Below are positions 60,374-64,000 of a stretch of 64,000 nt of DNA, piece after piece. Source of the DNA: Candidatus Hermodarchaeota archaeon (lineage in GTDB: Archaea > Asgardarchaeota > Lokiarchaeia > Sigyniarchaeales > SOKP01); NCBI GenBank assembly GCA_048885525.1, contig JBHLLP010000006.1, positions 51,247-115,246 of the forward strand, in the 5' to 3' direction. Below the pieces are notes generated by a model. That model was not told the DNA's origin, searched no databases, and worked only from the letters and a program-made list of their open reading frames with translations. Both the position numbers and the translations under genes were made by a program. The first letter of the stretch is position 1; each line of letters starts with the position of its first letter.

Positions 60374-60619
60374 ATGGAAAAAAAAGTTATTATCGATATT
60401 GAAATTAATGAGGAAAGATGTACAGGATGCATAATTTGTGAATTGTGGTGTTCCTATACTCATTATAAGGTTTTTAATCCTTTAAAAGCAAATTTAAAAA
60501 TAAAAGATAAATACAGCCTTACACCAAAAATTATTTTCCTTGATACATGTATAAAATGTGGTCAATGTGCTAACCATTGTCTTTATGGTGCGCTAAAGCT
60601 TAAAGAGGGGATCAATTGA
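60374..60619 (+). CDS. 4Fe-4S ferredoxin
   Basis: CTGCIICELWC and CIKCGQCANHC. Confidence 0.85.
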   Translation: MEKKVIIDIEINEERCTGCIICELWCSYTHYKVFNPLKANLKIKDKYSLTPKIIFLDTCIKCGQCANHCLYGALKLKEGIN

Positions 60620-62523
60620 TGGAATGGAAAGGATATACTGGTAATATTATTAATGTAAATTTGAGTGATAGTAAGATTGGATTAACTAAACATAACTTTA
60701 ATGATATTCATAAGTTTGGTGGTGGATTGGGAATTAATACAAAATTAGCAGCTGAATTAATTAAACCACGCATTGATCCGTTATCTCCTGAAAATTATAT
60801 CATAATTGGAGCTGGGCCATTAGTAGGGACAATCACGCCAGCATCCTCCCGTACTGTTGCTACAAGCAAATTTCCCGCAACAGGAGCAATTGTTTATTCA
60901 TGTGGTAGTATGAGTTTTGGATTTAACTTAAAACTTGCAGGATATGATAATATAACCATCTCAGGAAAAGCAGAAAAGCCTGCTTATCTTCTTATCTGGG
61001 ATGACCATCTTGAAATCAGCAATGCTGAGAGTCTTTGGGGAAAAAATATCTCAGAAGTTCATAATGCACTGAGTAAAAAATATGAATCCTGTGGAACTAT
61101 AATTATAGGTCTAGCAGGAGAAAACAAAGTCTCTCATTCTTTAGCACTTATTGATAGAATTGCGACCTTAGGACGTGGAGGACTTGGAGCTATAATGGGA
61201 TCAAAAAACTTGAAAGCAATAGTAGCAAAAGGATCAAAAGGTATACTAATCTCAGATCCAAAAAGGTTCAATAAGGCTTATAATACACTTTTTAAACGGA
61301 TCAAGAATTATGTTCACAGAGAATCTTGGCATAAGTTAGGAATGCTGAGAAGTTTACCGATTGGAATGATTTTCAAAGCAGCAGGACAAAATCAAAAAGC
61401 AAGACAATGTAACGAACGAGAATATCTTAAAAAACTAAAAAGAAGGCGTTTAGCATGTCCCTCATGCCCCATGGGTGATAAAGACATTCTAGAACTAAAA
61501 GAAGGTGAATGTGCGGAATTGATTCACTATGCGACATCAATTATTAATCCATTTTTAATGTTTGTAGATCTTGAAGGTTTAAACTATAATTACGAACCAA
61601 TTCTTGCTCATGAAAAATGTAATCAATACGGTTTGGATTATATGATGGTGGTTAGCCTTTTAATATATTGTAATAAGCTATATGAGAAAGGAATTTTAAC
61701 AAAAGAAAACACTGGAATAGAATGGAACACTGGTATAAGTACATTAATTCGGTTAATTGATATGATTGCTACAAGAAGTGAATTTGGAGATTTACTTGCA
61801 AAAAGATTACAAGAGGTATTTGATAACTATGAAGTAAAAGGTGAGGAATTGCCAAATGTGAAAGGTTTGGATATAGTTTTTGATCCTCGATTATTTCATC
61901 TTGGAACGATGGAGTTTGAGCAAATTGTTAATCCCAAAGGATCTCATATAGCATCTGGGGGTTCTCCTACATATGTTGGTGCAGCTTCCTCGATAGAGAA
62001 ATTTAAGACTCACTTTAACCGAATGGGTATCCCTACAACTGCTTTTAAAAGAATTTTAACTCCACCCATGAAGGAAATGCTTATTAATGTTGGACGGTTA
62101 ACTCGTTATGCTGAAGACTGGTATACTATTCTAACCTCTTTGGGACTATGTGCAAGGGCTCAAGTAAACCGTTTCTATGGACTAAAATCTGTTACTGAAT
62201 TCTATAATGCTGTAACTGGATTTGAAATAAATTCTGAAGATTTAAGAATAGCTGCTGAGAGAACTTGGAATTTAATGAAGTTATTGAACATGAAAATTGG
62301 TTTTTCTCGTAATGATGATAAATTTCCAGAAGCATGGTTTAGACCTTTAAAATTTGGAAAGAACTCCTTCAAGTTATTGGACTTCTTTGGAAGCACTATC
62401 ATAAATCTTGATATTGCAAATCAATTACTTGATGATTATTATGATGAGCGGGGTTGGGATAAGATTACTGGAAATCCCATAAAAGAAAAAATTAAGGAAT
62501 TAAATTTAGAAGTATTTCTTTAA
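60616..62523 (+). CDS. Aldehyde:ferredoxin oxidoreductase family protein (W/Mo)
   Basis: GRGGLGAIMGSKNLKAI, CPSCPMG, GLD, YY.ERGWD..TG.P. Confidence 0.88.
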   Translation: MMEWKGYTGNIINVNLSDSKIGLTKHNFNDIHKFGGGLGINTKLAAELIKPRIDPLSPENYIIIGAGPLVGTITPASSRTVATSKFPATGAIVYSCGSMSFGFNLKLAGYDNITISGKAEKPAYLLIWDDHLEISNAESLWGKNISEVHNALSKKYESCGTIIIGLAGENKVSHSLALIDRIATLGRGGLGAIMGSKNLKAIVAKGSKGILISDPKRFNKAYNTLFKRIKNYVHRESWHKLGMLRSLPIGMIFKAAGQNQKARQCNEREYLKKLKRRRLACPSCPMGDKDILELKEGECAELIHYATSIINPFLMFVDLEGLNYNYEPILAHEKCNQYGLDYMMVVSLLIYCNKLYEKGILTKENTGIEWNTGISTLIRLIDMIATRSEFGDLLAKRLQEVFDNYEVKGEELPNVKGLDIVFDPRLFHLGTMEFEQIVNPKGSHIASGGSPTYVGAASSIEKFKTHFNRMGIPTTAFKRILTPPMKEMLINVGRLTRYAEDWYTILTSLGLCARAQVNRFYGLKSVTEFYNAVTGFEINSEDLRIAAERTWNLMKLLNMKIGFSRNDDKFPEAWFRPLKFGKNSFKLLDFFGSTIINLDIANQLLDDYYDERGWDKITGNPIKEKIKELNLEVFL

Positions 62524-62600
62524 AGCAATTTATTTAAATATTAGTCTCAATATAATTATAAATTAACATCTTTTCTAAAAAATACAAGAGAGGCATAAAA

Positions 62601-64000
62601 ATGAGCGATCTAAAGATTTTACTGACAACTCCAACTTATCCGTATCCGACTTTACCAGCGAATGATTCTCTTACAGATGCAACTGGTCAACGTTTTACTC
62701 ATGGAGATGATATCTTTACAATTGTTTCCCATACTCACTGTTTTGGAAACCATATATTAGCACAAAATATTGATCAACCATCTGTGTTACTTGAATATCC
62801 AAGATGGGAGCATTTCACAAAAGAAGTCGATAAAGGCTATGATTATATTGGAATTAGTTGTTTTCCAGTGCATTTAGATAGTGTATTAAAGATGTGTACG
62901 TACATTAGAGAGAATTCACCTAATACAAAAATACTTATAGGTTCGTATGGAGCTCAAGCATTTAAAGCAAAATATGATGAAGAAACTCAAAAGAAATATG
63001 TTGATTACGCAGTAAAGGGAGAAGGCGTAAAATTTCTACGCGAATTATTAGGTGAAGATACTAATCGACCAATCGAACAAAAACTTATGCCAAAATGCGG
63101 TGGTTCCCTTTGGTTTGTTGATAAATATCCCAGAGGAACTATTGGCTTCTTAGTTTCAGGTTTAGGATGTCCAGGTGCTTGTGATTTCTGTTCTACAACT
63201 GAAATGTTTGGATATAAAAGAATACAATTGCTTTCACCAGAAGAACTAGTACATCATATGCACTTGTATCATAAATATTTTCCAGATTTATCACAGATTT
63301 TTGTAATCGAAGAAGATCACTTTCGATATCCTGAATATTTAATTAAAACAAAACAATATTGGGAGAGTAACCCCAAAGTTGTTGAATCGCTGGATTGGTT
63401 TGCATTTGGATCTGTAGATCATATTTGGAATTTTGCAGACAAATACGGATGGGATGCTATAGCTGAAATCGGAATAGGTGCGATTTTTATAGGTGTTGAA
63501 TCAAAATTTGCTGGAGAACATGGTTACACCAAGGTAAAAGAAGCAGATGCTCGAGAAGTGTTTAATAATCTTCACAATATGGGAATAAGAACGATTGGTG
63601 CATGGATATGTGGATGGGATTTTCATGATCATTCCAATATTCATGAAGATCTCAACTATTTTGTTGCTTGTTATCCTACATATGAACAATTAACTCGTTT
63701 ATCACCATTTCCTGGCACTGCATTATACAACAAAATGAAAAAGTGCGGGCGTTTAAGGGATGTTCCATGGGAAGATGTGCATTTTTGGAGTGGCTCTCAA
63801 GAAAATGTTGCATTAGAGATTCATGAAACTCTAAATTTAACTGAATATGGATATGATTTGATTTATAAAACATGGGGGCCTTCAATCCTAAGAAAACTTG
63901 ATGTCATGTTAAGAGGTTATGAATTTTGCTTGAATTCAGATAATCCAATACTGCAGAAACATAAATCAAAATTCTTTAAACAACAAGCTGCAGTATTACA
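62601..64000 (+). CDS. Radical SAM protein with probable B12-binding domain (runs off the window end)
   Basis: ATG at 62601 after GAGAGG; GCPGACDFC (CxxxCxxC), GVES, PFPGT.LY; no stop seen before 64000. Confidence 0.85.
   Translation, partial: MSDLKILLTTPTYPYPTLPANDSLTDATGQRFTHGDDIFTIVSHTHCFGNHILAQNIDQPSVLLEYPRWEHFTKEVDKGYDYIGISCFPVHLDSVLKMCTYIRENSPNTKILIGSYGAQAFKAKYDEETQKKYVDYAVKGEGVKFLRELLGEDTNRPIEQKLMPKCGGSLWFVDKYPRGTIGFLVSGLGCPGACDFCSTTEMFGYKRIQLLSPEELVHHMHLYHKYFPDLSQIFVIEEDHFRYPEYLIKTKQYWESNPKVVESLDWFAFGSVDHIWNFADKYGWDAIAEIGIGAIFIGVESKFAGEHGYTKVKEADAREVFNNLHNMGIRTIGAWICGWDFHDHSNIHEDLNYFVACYPTYEQLTRLSPFPGTALYNKMKKCGRLRDVPWEDVHFWSGSQENVALEIHETLNLTEYGYDLIYKTWGPSILRKLDVMLRGYEFCLNSDNPILQKHKSKFFKQQAAVL

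Noticed and set aside
1039-63885. Short antisense or overlapping ORFs in the track (e.g. 1039-1281, 9859-10329, 18640-19134, 39990-40409, 47057-47512, 57804-58190, 63501-63885)
   Set aside because: They are shadows of well-supported genes on the other strand or frame and have no motifs of their own.
1-64000. CRISPR arrays, IS elements, integrases, rRNA
   Set aside because: No spaced direct repeats, transposase or integrase ORFs, or rRNA-like tracts were seen, including beside the tRNA.

Overview
AT-rich archaeal chromosomal window whose gene content points to an Asgard archaeon, most likely Lokiarchaeia/Promethearchaeota. The evidence is multi-Sec HdrA/MvhD with a eukaryote-like SECIS, a HEAT-LRR protein, a longin-like protein, Ftr and Loki-type Zn-ribbon proteins. 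About 55 mostly metabolic CDSs are present, with no rRNA, CRISPR array or recognisable mobile element. The main finding is a set of three 30-nt bulge-helix-bulge (BHB) introns with identical geometry. Two lie at non-canonical positions (45/46 and 58/59) of a tRNA-His(GUG) gene (23730-23862, minus strand). The third lies inside a protein-coding gene: it interrupts the conserved DKHST|GGVPGNK motif of AMP phosphorylase (intron 57798-57827), carries an in-frame TAA, and its removal at the BHB-predicted cut sites restores a 512-aa ORF. This suggests splicing-endonuclease-dependent mRNA splicing in an Asgard archaeon. The second highlight is an hdrA-mvhD operon with five in-frame UGA (selenocysteine) codons, fragmented or missed by the ORF track, followed by a single visible AUGA/GA SECIS hairpin. 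All functional calls come from motif recognition by eye; no database searches were run.
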